From: Thermoplasmatales archaeon
GTDB lineage: Archaea > Thermoplasmatota > E2 > DHVEG-1
NCBI GenBank assembly: GCA_030672305.1
Contig: DAOVGR010000052.1
Coordinates: forward strand, 3,961-67,960
Direction: 5' to 3'
DNA length: 64,000 nt
Translations under genes and position numbers: made by a program
Part shown: in pieces, positions 19,410 through 30,674 of the stretch
Numbering within the stretch: the stretch's first letter is position 1
Layout: each line of letters begins with the position of its first letter
The notes under the pieces: generated by a model
What the model saw: the letters and a program-made list of their open reading frames with translations, nothing else
Databases searched by the model: none
What the model was told of the DNA's origin: nothing

Positions 19410-21613
19410 ATCTTTGCGCCTTGATTAAGTATATTTATTCGAAATATGATATTTAATATTTCTGATAGTCGATTTATTACAAAATCACCTTTTAATAGTT
19501 GTAAAAGACTTGATTTAACAATACTTTTTCCTCTTGGTATTTCTACAGTTAGTGATCCAAAATCACCCATCGCACCCCATTGATCTCCTGCTTGAGCTGT
19601 TATAGTATAAGTATCTTTACTTGTCCAGGAATGTGAAGCAGTAGCTTCAGTGCCCTGTGGAAAAACTCCTAATACTTGTTCAATTCCATCTCCCCAATCA
19701 ATAAGATAATGCAGTTCATCACCTTCATCATCTGTTGAGTTAAAGGTATAATTATAATCAATCCCTGTTTTTCCTGTTGATGGTCCTTTTATCTTTGGAG
19801 CACTTGGAGGATTATTATCACCACCAATTAACACCCAAGTAGAATCACGGATAGTAATATCATTTCCATCAGTGACAGATAAAGTCACAGTAAAATTACC
19901 TTCATTACTATATGTATGAGTTGGATTTTGCTCATCAGAAGCATTACCATCTCCAAAAATCCAATGATATTCATATGGTGGTGTTCCATTTTCTGCTGAA
20001 CCTGTAAATTGCACTGGTCCACCAATTGCGCCATGATAAGGACCATGAGTAATTACATTAAAACCTATAATTGAAAAATCAGATGAAGAAACTGCAAAAG
20101 CACTGTCTGATGATGTAGTAGCAATTACCTTAATTCTACAATTATCAGATCCACCCGCGTCAACCAACCATTGATAACAACCATTATTTGGAATTTCTGA
20201 AACAACAGTATCCCATGGACCAGAATCACCAGTAAGTGATACCAGAATGTCAACAGTTGAATCACCTTGTGATGGAGGAACTGCTGAAAGCCAACGTATA
20301 TTACGAATTGATCCGCTCCTAAATGTTTCTCCCCCATGAGGCATTTGCATTAAGGCAGATAGATCAGTTGGTTCTTGATATGGAGAAAAAGCTTTAAGAT
20401 GATTTTGATAATAAGGCCAATCATCTTCTTCTGCTTGTATTACAATATCCTCACGACCATCATGGTCAAAATCTCCATCAACAACAAATGCTGAGTATCC
20501 ACCATCAGAAGGCATTGTAAATGTTGCATCAGAATCCCAATTACCATTTCCATCTCCAAGATATAAGTAACCTGTTGGTCCAGAATATGCAACTATATCT
20601 AGAAATCCATCTCCATTGATATCTCCAAATTGCGGATAATAAGTACCATAATTGGGTAGGCCACTAGAAGCTAAATCCCAATCATTATTTTGTTTATCAT
20701 ATTTGTAACAATGAACTCCCGTAGAGTAAAATCCAATTACTAAATCATCAAATCCATCATTATTCATATCTCCAACATCTAGACCTCTCCAACTTGAAGT
20801 TGGAAGACCACTTTGTGTGATGGTAAAACCAAAAGAACCATCTCCAAGGTACACATTGGTTCCCTCGCGATTTCCAACAAAATCAGGATTTCCATCAGAA
20901 TTAAAATCTCCTATCTCAATATTATTGTAGGTATTTCCACCCGATACAGACCATTCGTGACTCCATGTTCCATCTCCATGATTCTTATACAGGTGATATC
21001 CGTTGCAACAACCAAATGATTGAGATACAAGATCAAGTAGACCATTACAATCAAAATCAGCAAGATCTGTTGCAAACATACCATAATCCTCACCACCAGT
21101 TCCAAGACCTTCTGCCCAAGGTATCCAATTTGAAGCAGTTCCATCACCTAATGCTGCACCAATTAAAGTATCACCAAATCCTGGATCACCATAGTCATGA
21201 TGTACCCCCCAAACTATATCAAGAAACCCATCTAAATTTAAATCTCCAGCTTCACAACCCCCATAACCAAAATTACCAACTTGAATAACTGACCATGTAT
21301 CAATTCCATCCCCAAGCCAAACCATGATTCCATGCTGCTCACTATTAATATAAGGAGAACCATGATCACCAACACAAATTATGTCTAAATGTCCATCATT
21401 ATTTATGTCAGCAAGTTCTAGTTCGGTTTTACCTCCTTCTTTTTCAGGATTATTAAGGCCCATGGATTTCTCGATAAAGGTAACCATTCCATTGGTTGTA
21501 TTAGAATTTTTAAGTATCATAATTTCGCTAACAGCAAATGAAGATACTGTTGAAAAAAGGAAAACGAAAATTAGCAATATTGTAATACTTTTTTTTAGCT
21601 TGCTGTTCTTCAT
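19406..21613 (-). CDS. Secreted FG-GAP repeat protein with Ig-like and PKD domains
   Basis: Seven repeats of D.N.DG..D(I/L) type; PHGGET Ig-like module; two PKD domains; 4-nt ATGA overlap with the C1A gene. Confidence 0.88.
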   Translation of the reverse strand: MKNSKLKKSITILLIFVFLFSTVSSFAVSEIMILKNSNTTNGMVTFIEKSMGLNNPEKEGGKTELELADINNDGHLDIICVGDHGSPYINSEQHGIMVWLGDGIDTWSVIQVGNFGYGGCEAGDLNLDGFLDIVWGVHHDYGDPGFGDTLIGAALGDGTASNWIPWAEGLGTGGEDYGMFATDLADFDCNGLLDLVSQSFGCCNGYHLYKNHGDGTWSHEWSVSGGNTYNNIEIGDFNSDGNPDFVGNREGTNVYLGDGSFGFTITQSGLPTSSWRGLDVGDMNNDGFDDLVIGFYSTGVHCYKYDKQNNDWDLASSGLPNYGTYYPQFGDINGDGFLDIVAYSGPTGYLYLGDGNGNWDSDATFTMPSDGGYSAFVVDGDFDHDGREDIVIQAEEDDWPYYQNHLKAFSPYQEPTDLSALMQMPHGGETFRSGSIRNIRWLSAVPPSQGDSTVDILVSLTGDSGPWDTVVSEIPNNGCYQWLVDAGGSDNCRIKVIATTSSDSAFAVSSSDFSIIGFNVITHGPYHGAIGGPVQFTGSAENGTPPYEYHWIFGDGNASDEQNPTHTYSNEGNFTVTLSVTDGNDITIRDSTWVLIGGDNNPPSAPKIKGPSTGKTGIDYNYTFNSTDDEGDELHYLIDWGDGIEQVLGVFPQGTEATASHSWTSKDTYTITAQAGDQWGAMGDFGSLTVEIPRGKSIVKSSLLQLLKGDFVINRLSEILNIIFRINILNQGAKI

Positions 21614-21726
21614 AAATCATGCCTCTTAAACCATAAATATAAGGTTAAGTAAATTTTTAAATGTTATTTTACTTCATGTTCTAAATAAACCTTATTTTTG
21701 AAATAATCCAATGGTATTCTTTCCCA

Positions 21727-23736
21727 TTATAGATTTATAATATTCCATAATATCGGGAATAAGTTTTGGACTCTTTCTAGGAGTAATTGTAATATCGGTC
21801 TGGATAAGCTCCTTGTTCTAGGGATATTTACCGATAAAGGATCAGACCAATCACTTTCATATTCATGAACATCCTTTGATTTTACTTTAATCTGATAATT
21901 ACCTGCTGCAGTCCATGTATGGGTTGATTCTATAGTTTCACCAGAATAATACGGTCCTTCCCAATCAGATGTTGTTCCATCATCCCAGTCCCATTGGTAA
22001 TATACTTTATCACCATCTCCATCAAAAGTTTTTGTTGAATATGTATATGCCTCACCTGCTTTTCCATTTTTTGGACCTGAAGGTTTAGATGGATTATCTG
22101 GAGCATCATTAACAACGGATACTTGAATAATGTCAGAATACCACCAGGTTTGACCAAATATTTCTTCTGTACCATCAGTTCCTTCAAGCATTTCATAATA
22201 TGAGTCATTTGTTCGTTCTTTTATCATTCGCAGATAGGAATTATCTCCATAAATATCTGGGCGAAGAACATCTGCATAAACTTGATCGACTTGAGCTTTT
22301 ACTACAAAATAATAATCTCCAGGAGTACTGATATATAAATTACCGTCGTGAATTACACCATTTGTTGTTCCACTTTCTGCACCGTCCCATCCAGTTCCAC
22401 CAACATACTCTCCAGCATATTCATCATGATCAGGTGTACTATGATCGAAATTATTTATTGGATCTGGATCAGTTCCCCATTGAATATACGTATGATCAAC
22501 AACTAAGCTACCATTAACCTGCCATCTCAATGGAATTGTTGTTCCAGGAGGAACTTCACCTCCATTCTCAATTGTGCTAGGATGCCATCTAACATAAGGT
22601 TGTGCAAGATCTGTTTGATGTAGGACATACCGGCGAACCTCTGCACCATATCGATGAACTGTGTCATTACCAAATTCACTTTCAGGTATATTTTTTGTAG
22701 TTGACATCTCAGGAGAAAGCCAAAGTAGTCCAGATCCAGGATAATCACCATTTACATAAGGCGCCTCAGCTGGATTTTTATCAATATCTGCTGCATATGC
22801 CCATGGTGCAATACCACCTTTTATTTCGTATGTAAGTAAAGCACTTATAGGTCCAATATTGCCAGAATTTAAATCTCCACCATAGTTGCCCATAAAATCA
22901 CCAACTCTTAATGAGCTTACATCATAAAAATAAAAATCAGGAGGAGCATGACTATATGTACTTCCTGAAATAGGGCTTTTTCCACTAACATCAGGATGTG
23001 TCATAGCCCAAGAATAAAGAAGCATTCGAACTCCAGCATGAAAATCACATCCTATTCTACACAAATGATTATTAATAAATTCAACTAATGTTTTTCCTGG
23101 AACACTAGCCCAAATCCCACCAGTTGGGGTTCCAGGTCCATCATAATCGGCTTCACGGTTAAGGTCCCAACCATTTCCATCATATCTTTGTGGACCATGA
23201 TCATATCCATATGGATTGTGTAAGACTTCTATGTAGATTTCTCTATTATCTATTATCCATTGGAGATATTCTTTAGAAAATTCATCATTAGTTTCATCTG
23301 TAAATGCCATTCGCATTAACCAATCAGTAAACCAATAAAGGCCAACTCCACCTGCAACTTCATCACCATGTGGGCTCCCTAGAAAAAGAACTTCAGGTTT
23401 ATGTAAACCAAGTGCTTCATTTGTAATTCTTACATAATAGCAATCATATCCTCCTGTTGCAGTTCCAGTTTCATATAATTCATTTGCCTTAAAAACTTCA
23501 ATATAATCTGGATATTTTGACTCCAATGTTAGATACCAACTTACAAGCTCATCATAAGAACTAGGTTTATCATACCAATCTGGAGCCATTAACGGATTCA
23601 TCTCGTTTTCTTCTGATACTAAATATTCATCAGTTTCTTTTAGCATATCATTTGAATAAGCAGTTGCAAAAGTTGCGTTTACTAGCATCAATAAGACAAT
23701 TCCAACAATTAATGGACTAGCTATCTTTTTTATCAT
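21727..23736 (-). CDS. Secreted M14 zinc carboxypeptidase with PKD domain and C-terminal tag
   Basis: HGDE zinc motif, NPYG, R....WDLNR, DFH; PKD WDWDDG. Confidence 0.88.
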   Translation of the reverse strand: MIKKIASPLIVGIVLLMLVNATFATAYSNDMLKETDEYLVSEENEMNPLMAPDWYDKPSSYDELVSWYLTLESKYPDYIEVFKANELYETGTATGGYDCYYVRITNEALGLHKPEVLFLGSPHGDEVAGGVGLYWFTDWLMRMAFTDETNDEFSKEYLQWIIDNREIYIEVLHNPYGYDHGPQRYDGNGWDLNREADYDGPGTPTGGIWASVPGKTLVEFINNHLCRIGCDFHAGVRMLLYSWAMTHPDVSGKSPISGSTYSHAPPDFYFYDVSSLRVGDFMGNYGGDLNSGNIGPISALLTYEIKGGIAPWAYAADIDKNPAEAPYVNGDYPGSGLLWLSPEMSTTKNIPESEFGNDTVHRYGAEVRRYVLHQTDLAQPYVRWHPSTIENGGEVPPGTTIPLRWQVNGSLVVDHTYIQWGTDPDPINNFDHSTPDHDEYAGEYVGGTGWDGAESGTTNGVIHDGNLYISTPGDYYFVVKAQVDQVYADVLRPDIYGDNSYLRMIKERTNDSYYEMLEGTDGTEEIFGQTWWYSDIIQVSVVNDAPDNPSKPSGPKNGKAGEAYTYSTKTFDGDGDKVYYQWDWDDGTTSDWEGPYYSGETIESTHTWTAAGNYQIKVKSKDVHEYESDWSDPLSVNIPRTRSLSRPILQLLLERVQNLFPILWNIINL

Positions 23737-23883
23737 ATTTTATATCCCCCTTAATTAACGGCTGTTAATGTAATGGTTACTAAATATAAAAAACTTCGTT
23801 TTAAAAATAATATTAAAAACTTATATTTATATAGGAATAAATTAATATATAGATAAACAGTTATTAAAATGAGAGTTATTAAT

Positions 23884-24447
23884 ATGAAGAGTTCATTTAT
23901 TCAAAGGAATATTGTCTCAATAATTATTGCATTATTTATTTTTTCAAACGTGGTAGGAGCTAGCTCAGTATACAATGTAAAAATAATTAATCCTAATGAA
24001 AAAACATTTTGTACTATTTATTCACGAACAGATGAATTTGTGGAAACCATTTTAGATATTTCTGGTAATCAACCTCCAGATACACCAGATATCAGTGGAC
24101 CTACTAATGGAAAACCGGGTATTGAATTAGGTTATACAATTGTATCTTCTGATCCAGAAGGGAATGATATAGTGTATTGTTTCGATTGGGGAGATGACTC
24201 GGGTCAAGTATGCATTGGACCTTATCCCTCTGGAGAGGAGGTAACTATATCACATACATGGAACGAAAATGGAACGTATACAATTACAGTAAAAGCATCA
24301 GATATTTTAGGCGAAGAAAGTGGTCTTGCAACATTGAAAGTTAGAATATCAACAAGTAGAACCACTACACATTATAGAATTATACTATATGAAATATTTC
24401 ATGTTTTGAAAAAAATAAAGAACGAGATTTTAGACTTCTATCTATAA
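23884..24447 (+). CDS. Small secreted PKD-domain protein with amphipathic C-terminus
   Basis: Signal peptide, NQPPDTPDISGP, FDWGD..GPYPSGE...SHTW; no catalytic domain. Confidence 0.8.
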   Translation: MKSSFIQRNIVSIIIALFIFSNVVGASSVYNVKIINPNEKTFCTIYSRTDEFVETILDISGNQPPDTPDISGPTNGKPGIELGYTIVSSDPEGNDIVYCFDWGDDSGQVCIGPYPSGEEVTISHTWNENGTYTITVKASDILGEESGLATLKVRISTSRTTTHYRIILYEIFHVLKKIKNEILDFYL

Positions 24448-24565
24448 AAATCATATAAACCTATTTTACGTAATTAACTTATATCTTTTAATAAAAGTAC
24501 AAGTTAACTATCGTTAACATTTATATATGGGGTATCCAATATCTATTAATTGAAGGGGTTGAAAT

Positions 24566-26311
24566 ATGAAAAAAATATTTACAATTCTAATACTTCAAAT
24601 ATTAGTATTTAGTACAATTGGAGCTATTGCTATACCAGAATTAAATCGTTTAGATGAAAAAGTTATCAATGAATCCATAATAATTTCAAAACCAATTACT
24701 AAAGAGGAAAGTGAATTTTTAACAGTAAGTTTAGAAGAAGGAAATTCTTACTTATTAGAACCAAACAAACCAATGATTCCTATTGTAACCAGAGTTTATA
24801 TTCTACCTTTTAAATCAGAAATTAAAAGCGTTGATATAAATTATTATGGAAATAATGAAATTTTATTGACTAAAGATATAATACCTGCTAAAACACCAAC
24901 ACCGATAGGTATGAATGTAAAGATAGAAAAAGATATTGAAATATATAGAAATTCTGAAATATTTCCTCAAGATAAATTTGCCTATAGAACAGGTAGTGGA
25001 ATTTCAAATAATGAACATGTATTATTTTTAACAGTTCAATGTTATCCTATATGTTATAATCCTGGTGAAAATATTTTATATTATTGCGATAGTTTTGAAA
25101 TTGAAATATCTTATAATGAAGGTGGTTATGAAAATACTGCTGGCGCAGGATATGATCTTGTTGTGATTTCACCAAATGTTTTTTCTTCAATTCTTCAAAA
25201 ATTAATTGATCATAAAAATAGTTATGGTGTAAATACTTATTTTAAGGATGTGAAAGAAATATATAACGAGTTTTCTGGAAGAGATAAACCTGAACAGATT
25301 AAAAACTACATTAGATATGCAATTGAGAATTTGGATATTTCCTATGTACTTTTAGTCGGTAGTCTTGACCATATCCCAATTAGGAGTACTGCTATTGGCT
25401 GGAAACATTCATCAATGGATCTGCCAACAGATCTCTATTATGCAGACATCTATAATGAAAGTGGTGATTTTTGTACATGGGATTCAAATAACAATAACAT
25501 TTTTGGTGAGTATAACTGGGATGATGGTAACATCGATGAAGTTGATCTTTATGCAGATGTTTATTTAGGAAGAATACCTTGTCAAAAGAATCTCGATCTA
25601 AATATAGTAATTAAAAAGATTATTCATTATGAAAATAATGCTTATGGTTCAGATTGGTTCAAAAGGATTTTATTACTGGGAGGCGACACTTTCCCAAACC
25701 ATGGCATAATTGAAGGGGAGTATGTAACTAGTCGTATTGCAGAAGAAATGGATGGTTTTAATCCAATATTTCTATGGACATCTAAAAACACTTTCAAACC
25801 TTTAAAAATTAACTCTGAAACGACCAAGGGTGCTGGTTTTATTAGTTATTCTGGTCATGGTTATATTCATGGTTTTGGTACTTCTCCACCAAATGTAGAG
25901 AGAAGAATCGAATATTTCACTTGGTATTTACCTGGAATGTTTAATGGTAATAAGTTGCCAATTGTATTCTTTGATGCATGCCTTACTGCAACTTTGGATC
26001 ATAAGTTGCTAAATATTATTAATTTTCCAGGTTTTGCTTATAGTATTGTGAAAAAACCTTTTGGGGGAGCAGTAGCTTCAATTGGTGCAACACGTGTTGC
26101 TTTTACAGATGTTGATTGGCAAGGTATCAATGGTGGTGCTGGTTATTTGAACCTTCACTTTTTTATGAACTATGAGAAAGGAATATCTGTCTCTGAAATG
26201 CTTACAAAAGCTCAGAACGATTATATAAATTATGTATTTGAAGATTGTATTACTTTAGAAGAATTTATTCTCATAGGAGATCCATCTTTAAAGACTGGAG
26301 GATATCCTTAA
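24566..26311 (+). CDS. Gingipain-like C25 cysteine peptidase with propeptide
   Basis: P..PM(I)P propeptide, TDLYYAD, LGRIP, SGHG (His), DAC (Cys), LIGDPSL. Confidence 0.92.
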   Translation: MKKIFTILILQILVFSTIGAIAIPELNRLDEKVINESIIISKPITKEESEFLTVSLEEGNSYLLEPNKPMIPIVTRVYILPFKSEIKSVDINYYGNNEILLTKDIIPAKTPTPIGMNVKIEKDIEIYRNSEIFPQDKFAYRTGSGISNNEHVLFLTVQCYPICYNPGENILYYCDSFEIEISYNEGGYENTAGAGYDLVVISPNVFSSILQKLIDHKNSYGVNTYFKDVKEIYNEFSGRDKPEQIKNYIRYAIENLDISYVLLVGSLDHIPIRSTAIGWKHSSMDLPTDLYYADIYNESGDFCTWDSNNNNIFGEYNWDDGNIDEVDLYADVYLGRIPCQKNLDLNIVIKKIIHYENNAYGSDWFKRILLLGGDTFPNHGIIEGEYVTSRIAEEMDGFNPIFLWTSKNTFKPLKINSETTKGAGFISYSGHGYIHGFGTSPPNVERRIEYFTWYLPGMFNGNKLPIVFFDACLTATLDHKLLNIINFPGFAYSIVKKPFGGAVASIGATRVAFTDVDWQGINGGAGYLNLHFFMNYEKGISVSEMLTKAQNDYINYVFEDCITLEEFILIGDPSLKTGGYP

Positions 26312-26334
26312 TTTAATAATTAAGGTGTTGATTG

Positions 26335-28968
26335 ATGAAGAATGCTATAAAAATATCTTTGGTTCTGATAATTATTCTTTTATTTATAACACCAACAAAT
26401 ATAGATGCAGATATTGATAACATAGATCCGAATAAACAGGATGGAAGATTTATTTCCAAATTAGAATGGATCTCTCCAAATGGAGAATTACCAGGAACTT
26501 ATGAAGAATATTTATTAGAGCATCCTCAAAAATCAATATTGTTTTTTGAATCCCAAGATTTTGAGCCTAATGTTATTACCTCTAGTAAGTCAATTTCAAT
26601 TTTAGTTGATCAATTATTATATTTAAACATAAAATCCGCTGTTGATGAATATATAACAGATCTTCAAGCAGAAAAATATTTTGTTCATCTCCAGAAAATC
26701 ATTGGTGGTTCTCCAGAGGATATTAAGCTATGGGTAAAAGATCGTTATAATTCTGGTAGTGAAGGTTTCGTTTTTATTGGCGATATTACAGCTGCTTGGG
26801 CTGAAGTATCTGGTTCTGTTTTTCCATGTGATCTTTTTTATATGGATTTAGATGGAAATTGGGAGGACCAAGACAGTGATGGTGATTACGAGATACATAC
26901 AGCAGGTAATGGAGATATGGGACCAGAGGTTTATGCAGGTCGTATTTATGCTCATTCTCTTACTTATGATTCAGAGCAAAATATGGTTAATGAATATCTA
27001 TCAAAAGCACATGCTTATCGCATTGGCCAACTTACCCAAACCTGGAAGGGTCTTGAATATATTGATGAAGATTGGTTTAATATGGATGTCTATCTTCGAT
27101 ATATATATGGAGAGGATGTAACTCGTTTTGATTCTGGTTACAATACTACATCTGAAGGTTATTTAGAACAACTGGATCTCGGGCAACATTTTGTACAGGT
27201 TGGTGCTCATAGCTATTCTGGAGGGCATCATTTTGGTACACGGCCTACTGAATCAGCAAGTTATATTCATACTTATATTTACAGTCCAACAACCCGTTTT
27301 GCAAAGCTTCTTATAGGAAGTGATGACGGAATAAAGGTTTGGTTAAATTCAGAAAATGTTTATACAAATGATAGATATGGTGGTTGGAATCCTGACAATT
27401 TTGAAGTTGATGTAAGATTAAACGAAGGATGGAATAATTTATTATGCAAAATTAGTCAGGATGGTGGTACTTACTATTTTTCAGTTCGTTTAACTGATCT
27501 TAATTATAACACATTTGATGACCTTGAATATCAGATAAACAATCCTGATCTTTATGACGGAGAAGCAGAATTTATCCGAAGTTGGCTATTGAATGGATTT
27601 CATCAAGATATTTCTGACAATTTCTGGAATTATTTGACAACTAATTATCTAGGTGTGGACGAAGAAAGCATTAATCCTCAGGACGGTGAGGTTATGGGTG
27701 GAAATACCTGGACATGTTATGACTCTGGAAATCCTTATATCGACATGGGTAGCCATTGTAATGACGCAGATTTTGGAGTATGTTATGCTTTTGCTAGAAT
27801 TAATGCTTTTACTAATACCTCCTGTCAATTATGGATGGGATATGAGGATGGTGCACGTGTTTGGTTGAATGGCAACGAAGTGTTATATGATAATCGATAT
27901 GGTGGTTTCGAAGCGGATATGATGAAAATCAATATTACTTTACAACCTGGAGAAAATAGATTACTGATAAAAATATCAGAATGGATGGGAAATCATGGCT
28001 TTAGTGCTCGTTTATGTAAACCTGATGGAACACCTGTTCAAGGATTAACATTTGATCCACCACCTATTCCAATCTCATATATTGGAACATGGCTAATTAA
28101 TGGTCCATATTTTAACCCGGATCAATCAACAAGATTGAGTACAGATTATCTTGGCGATGAAGTAAATGCAACCCCAAGTGAAGGAGATTTTGCACCTCTT
28201 GGTACATGGGAACGTGGGATAGATAATGGTTGTCCTTTTAATCTCGGGGAATACTTTAATCATGGTGGTTGGGTACTTTCTGAAGATATTCAAATACATG
28301 ATCCTCCAGTATTATTCTATAATCTATTTGCGTGTGGACCAGGACGTTTCACAGATGAAAACTATCTTGCTGGGGCATACATCTTCAATACAACCAATGC
28401 ATTAATTACTGTAGCCTCATCAAAAAGTGGAAGTATGCTTAACTTTGATGATTTTAATCATCCTTTGAGTGAGCAGAAAACAATTGGAGAAGCATTTCGA
28501 GAATGGTTCGATGCTCAAGCTCCTTATGAATTATGGGAAAAGGAATGGTATTATGGAATGGTAGTCTGTGGAGACCCAACATTATTTATTATAAAAAATG
28601 ATCATCCTAGATCTCCAGATATTAACGGTCCCATTAATGGAAAATTAAGGATAAATTATGATTATATTTTTGAATCAGATGACCCTGACGATGAGAATAT
28701 ATATTATTATGTAGACTGGGGAGACGAAACAAATAGCGGATGGCTTGGTCCTTATTCATCTGGATATGAACTCACACTAAGTCATTCTTGGACTAAAAAT
28801 AGAACATATGAAATCAAAGTGCGTGTAAAGGATGTAAATAACTTATTGAGCCCATGGACCACGCTTGAGGTTAATATACCTAGAACTCAGCAAAATAGAA
28901 TTATTAACTGGTTTTATACACATCCTTTTTTACAATATATCTTACAGATATTGCTAAATATTCTTTAA
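26335..28968 (+). CDS. C25-like peptidase with two inserted jelly-roll/PA14-like modules, PKD and C-terminal tag
   Basis: CDLFYMDLDG, PEVYAGRI, GAHS (His), LFAC (Cys), GDPTL; internal GSDDGIKVWLN and GYEDGARVWLNG modules. Confidence 0.75.
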   Translation: MKNAIKISLVLIIILLFITPTNIDADIDNIDPNKQDGRFISKLEWISPNGELPGTYEEYLLEHPQKSILFFESQDFEPNVITSSKSISILVDQLLYLNIKSAVDEYITDLQAEKYFVHLQKIIGGSPEDIKLWVKDRYNSGSEGFVFIGDITAAWAEVSGSVFPCDLFYMDLDGNWEDQDSDGDYEIHTAGNGDMGPEVYAGRIYAHSLTYDSEQNMVNEYLSKAHAYRIGQLTQTWKGLEYIDEDWFNMDVYLRYIYGEDVTRFDSGYNTTSEGYLEQLDLGQHFVQVGAHSYSGGHHFGTRPTESASYIHTYIYSPTTRFAKLLIGSDDGIKVWLNSENVYTNDRYGGWNPDNFEVDVRLNEGWNNLLCKISQDGGTYYFSVRLTDLNYNTFDDLEYQINNPDLYDGEAEFIRSWLLNGFHQDISDNFWNYLTTNYLGVDEESINPQDGEVMGGNTWTCYDSGNPYIDMGSHCNDADFGVCYAFARINAFTNTSCQLWMGYEDGARVWLNGNEVLYDNRYGGFEADMMKINITLQPGENRLLIKISEWMGNHGFSARLCKPDGTPVQGLTFDPPPIPISYIGTWLINGPYFNPDQSTRLSTDYLGDEVNATPSEGDFAPLGTWERGIDNGCPFNLGEYFNHGGWVLSEDIQIHDPPVLFYNLFACGPGRFTDENYLAGAYIFNTTNALITVASSKSGSMLNFDDFNHPLSEQKTIGEAFREWFDAQAPYELWEKEWYYGMVVCGDPTLFIIKNDHPRSPDINGPINGKLRINYDYIFESDDPDDENIYYYVDWGDETNSGWLGPYSSGYELTLSHSWTKNRTYEIKVRVKDVNNLLSPWTTLEVNIPRTQQNRIINWFYTHPFLQYILQILLNIL

Positions 28969-29052
28969 TATTTTTCAGCTTATCAATAACATTATATAAA
29001 CAAATAATAAGTTTTAAAATAGGAATATGTTATATTGTTTAAGGAGATGGGA

Positions 29053-30180
29053 ATGAATAATAAATTTCTGATAATTTTATTATTTTTTAGTTTTACCTTT
29101 TTAATTTTTAGTGGTTGTACAGATACTTTTTCACCACTAGATAAAGATTCCGTTAGTAATGGAAAATTAATATTTAATTATCCTCCAGTTGATTTGGATA
29201 AGGTTGCTTTTATCGAACCTATGGGAAGTATGATTGGAAATCATGTGACACCAATTGATCACCAGTATTATCCTTCGACAGATTTCTTGGAAGGTCAAGA
29301 AATTAAAATTGATGTGTACTCACCTGCTGATGGAGTAATAACAAATATCCAACATATGGGTTCTTTTAATAGTTCTATGGATGATTATAGACTGGTGATT
29401 CAACATACTAATTCTATTTCAAGTGTTTTTATCCATATTGATAATCTTTCAGAAAAAATTGCTAAATATGCTCCTTCTGAGGGTGAATATGTAAGTGTAA
29501 GTATTTCTGTTTCAGCAGGTGAATTAATTGGAAACTATAGTGGTTCTGTTGATTACAATGTTGTTGATTATGATATAGTCCTAACTGGATTTATTAATCA
29601 AGAAAGTTATAGGTTTGAACCTTGGAAGATACATACTCCTGATCCTTTCAATTATTTTAATGTATCAATAAAAAATCAATTAATCGAGAAATGTTTGCGC
29701 TCAGAAGATCCGATAGGGGGGAAGATTGATCATGATATCGATGGAAGGTTAGTTGGTAATTGGTTTAAGGAAGGTACAAATGGGTATGGCGGTCTTGAAA
29801 AGGATAATTATTGGGTAGGACATTTAGCAATTGCGTATAATAGTGTAGATCCAGCTCATATACTTGTTTCATTTGGTTCATATGATGGTGAACCAAAACA
29901 ATTTGGAGTAAAAAATAATACACCCAATCCTACGAATGTTAGTACTGAATCAGGTCTTGTAATATATGAACTGGTTGATTATGATTTTTATAATGAAAGT
30001 GAACTTTGGGATAGAGGAAGTCTCATTAAAGGACTTAAAATAAAAAATTATAATCATGTTCATGGAGTTGTTTTATTTCAATTGATAGAAGATAGAAAAC
30101 TTAATGTTGAAATTTTACCTGATACAACAATAGATGAAGTTGAAGGATTTACAAACAATGCAATTATTTATATTAGATAA
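29053..30180 (+). CDS. Lipoprotein with degenerate M23/hybrid-motif-like domain
   Basis: Lipobox FSGC; PIDH, VYSPADGVI, FIHID, VSAGELIG. Confidence 0.55.
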   Translation: MNNKFLIILLFFSFTFLIFSGCTDTFSPLDKDSVSNGKLIFNYPPVDLDKVAFIEPMGSMIGNHVTPIDHQYYPSTDFLEGQEIKIDVYSPADGVITNIQHMGSFNSSMDDYRLVIQHTNSISSVFIHIDNLSEKIAKYAPSEGEYVSVSISVSAGELIGNYSGSVDYNVVDYDIVLTGFINQESYRFEPWKIHTPDPFNYFNVSIKNQLIEKCLRSEDPIGGKIDHDIDGRLVGNWFKEGTNGYGGLEKDNYWVGHLAIAYNSVDPAHILVSFGSYDGEPKQFGVKNNTPNPTNVSTESGLVIYELVDYDFYNESELWDRGSLIKGLKIKNYNHVHGVVLFQLIEDRKLNVEILPDTTIDEVEGFTNNAIIYIR

Positions 30181-30283
30181 AAATCACATAAAAAAACACA
30201 AGTTTTAATTAAAATTGTCGACTGCAAACTTATAATAGAATTAGTATATTTCAATTCTCTAACAAAAAATAAATGGTGTAAAA

Positions 30284-30658
30284 ATGAAAAAACAGATTAT
30301 TATAATTAGTATAGCTGTTCTATTGATCTGCATCTGTTTTAGCGGGTGTAATGAAAATTCAAAAAAAATTAACATAAAAAATAAATTAATCGGAATATGG
30401 TCAGGAACTTCATATTTTCTAAATGATACTACAAATATAACACTAACTTTTTATAAAGATGATACAGCAAAACAAGAAGACGATCAATCCCATATACATT
30501 GGTTTAACTTTGATATTGATGATAATTGTTTGAATTTAATATTACCAGAACTACCTCCAGAATATGCTATTTGTTATACCTATGAATTCTCAAATAATGA
30601 TAATGCCTTAACCCTTACAAACGAGAGTCTTGATACAATAATACTTAACAAACAATAA
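30284..30658 (+). CDS. Small lipoprotein (lipocalin-like beta barrel)
   Basis: Lipobox FSGC; KLIGIW, LTFYKD, Y.FSNN..LTL. Confidence 0.6.
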   Translation: MKKQIIIISIAVLLICICFSGCNENSKKINIKNKLIGIWSGTSYFLNDTTNITLTFYKDDTAKQEDDQSHIHWFNFDIDDNCLNLILPELPPEYAICYTYEFSNNDNALTLTNESLDTIILNKQ

Positions 30659-30674
30659 AGAAATAATAAAAATT

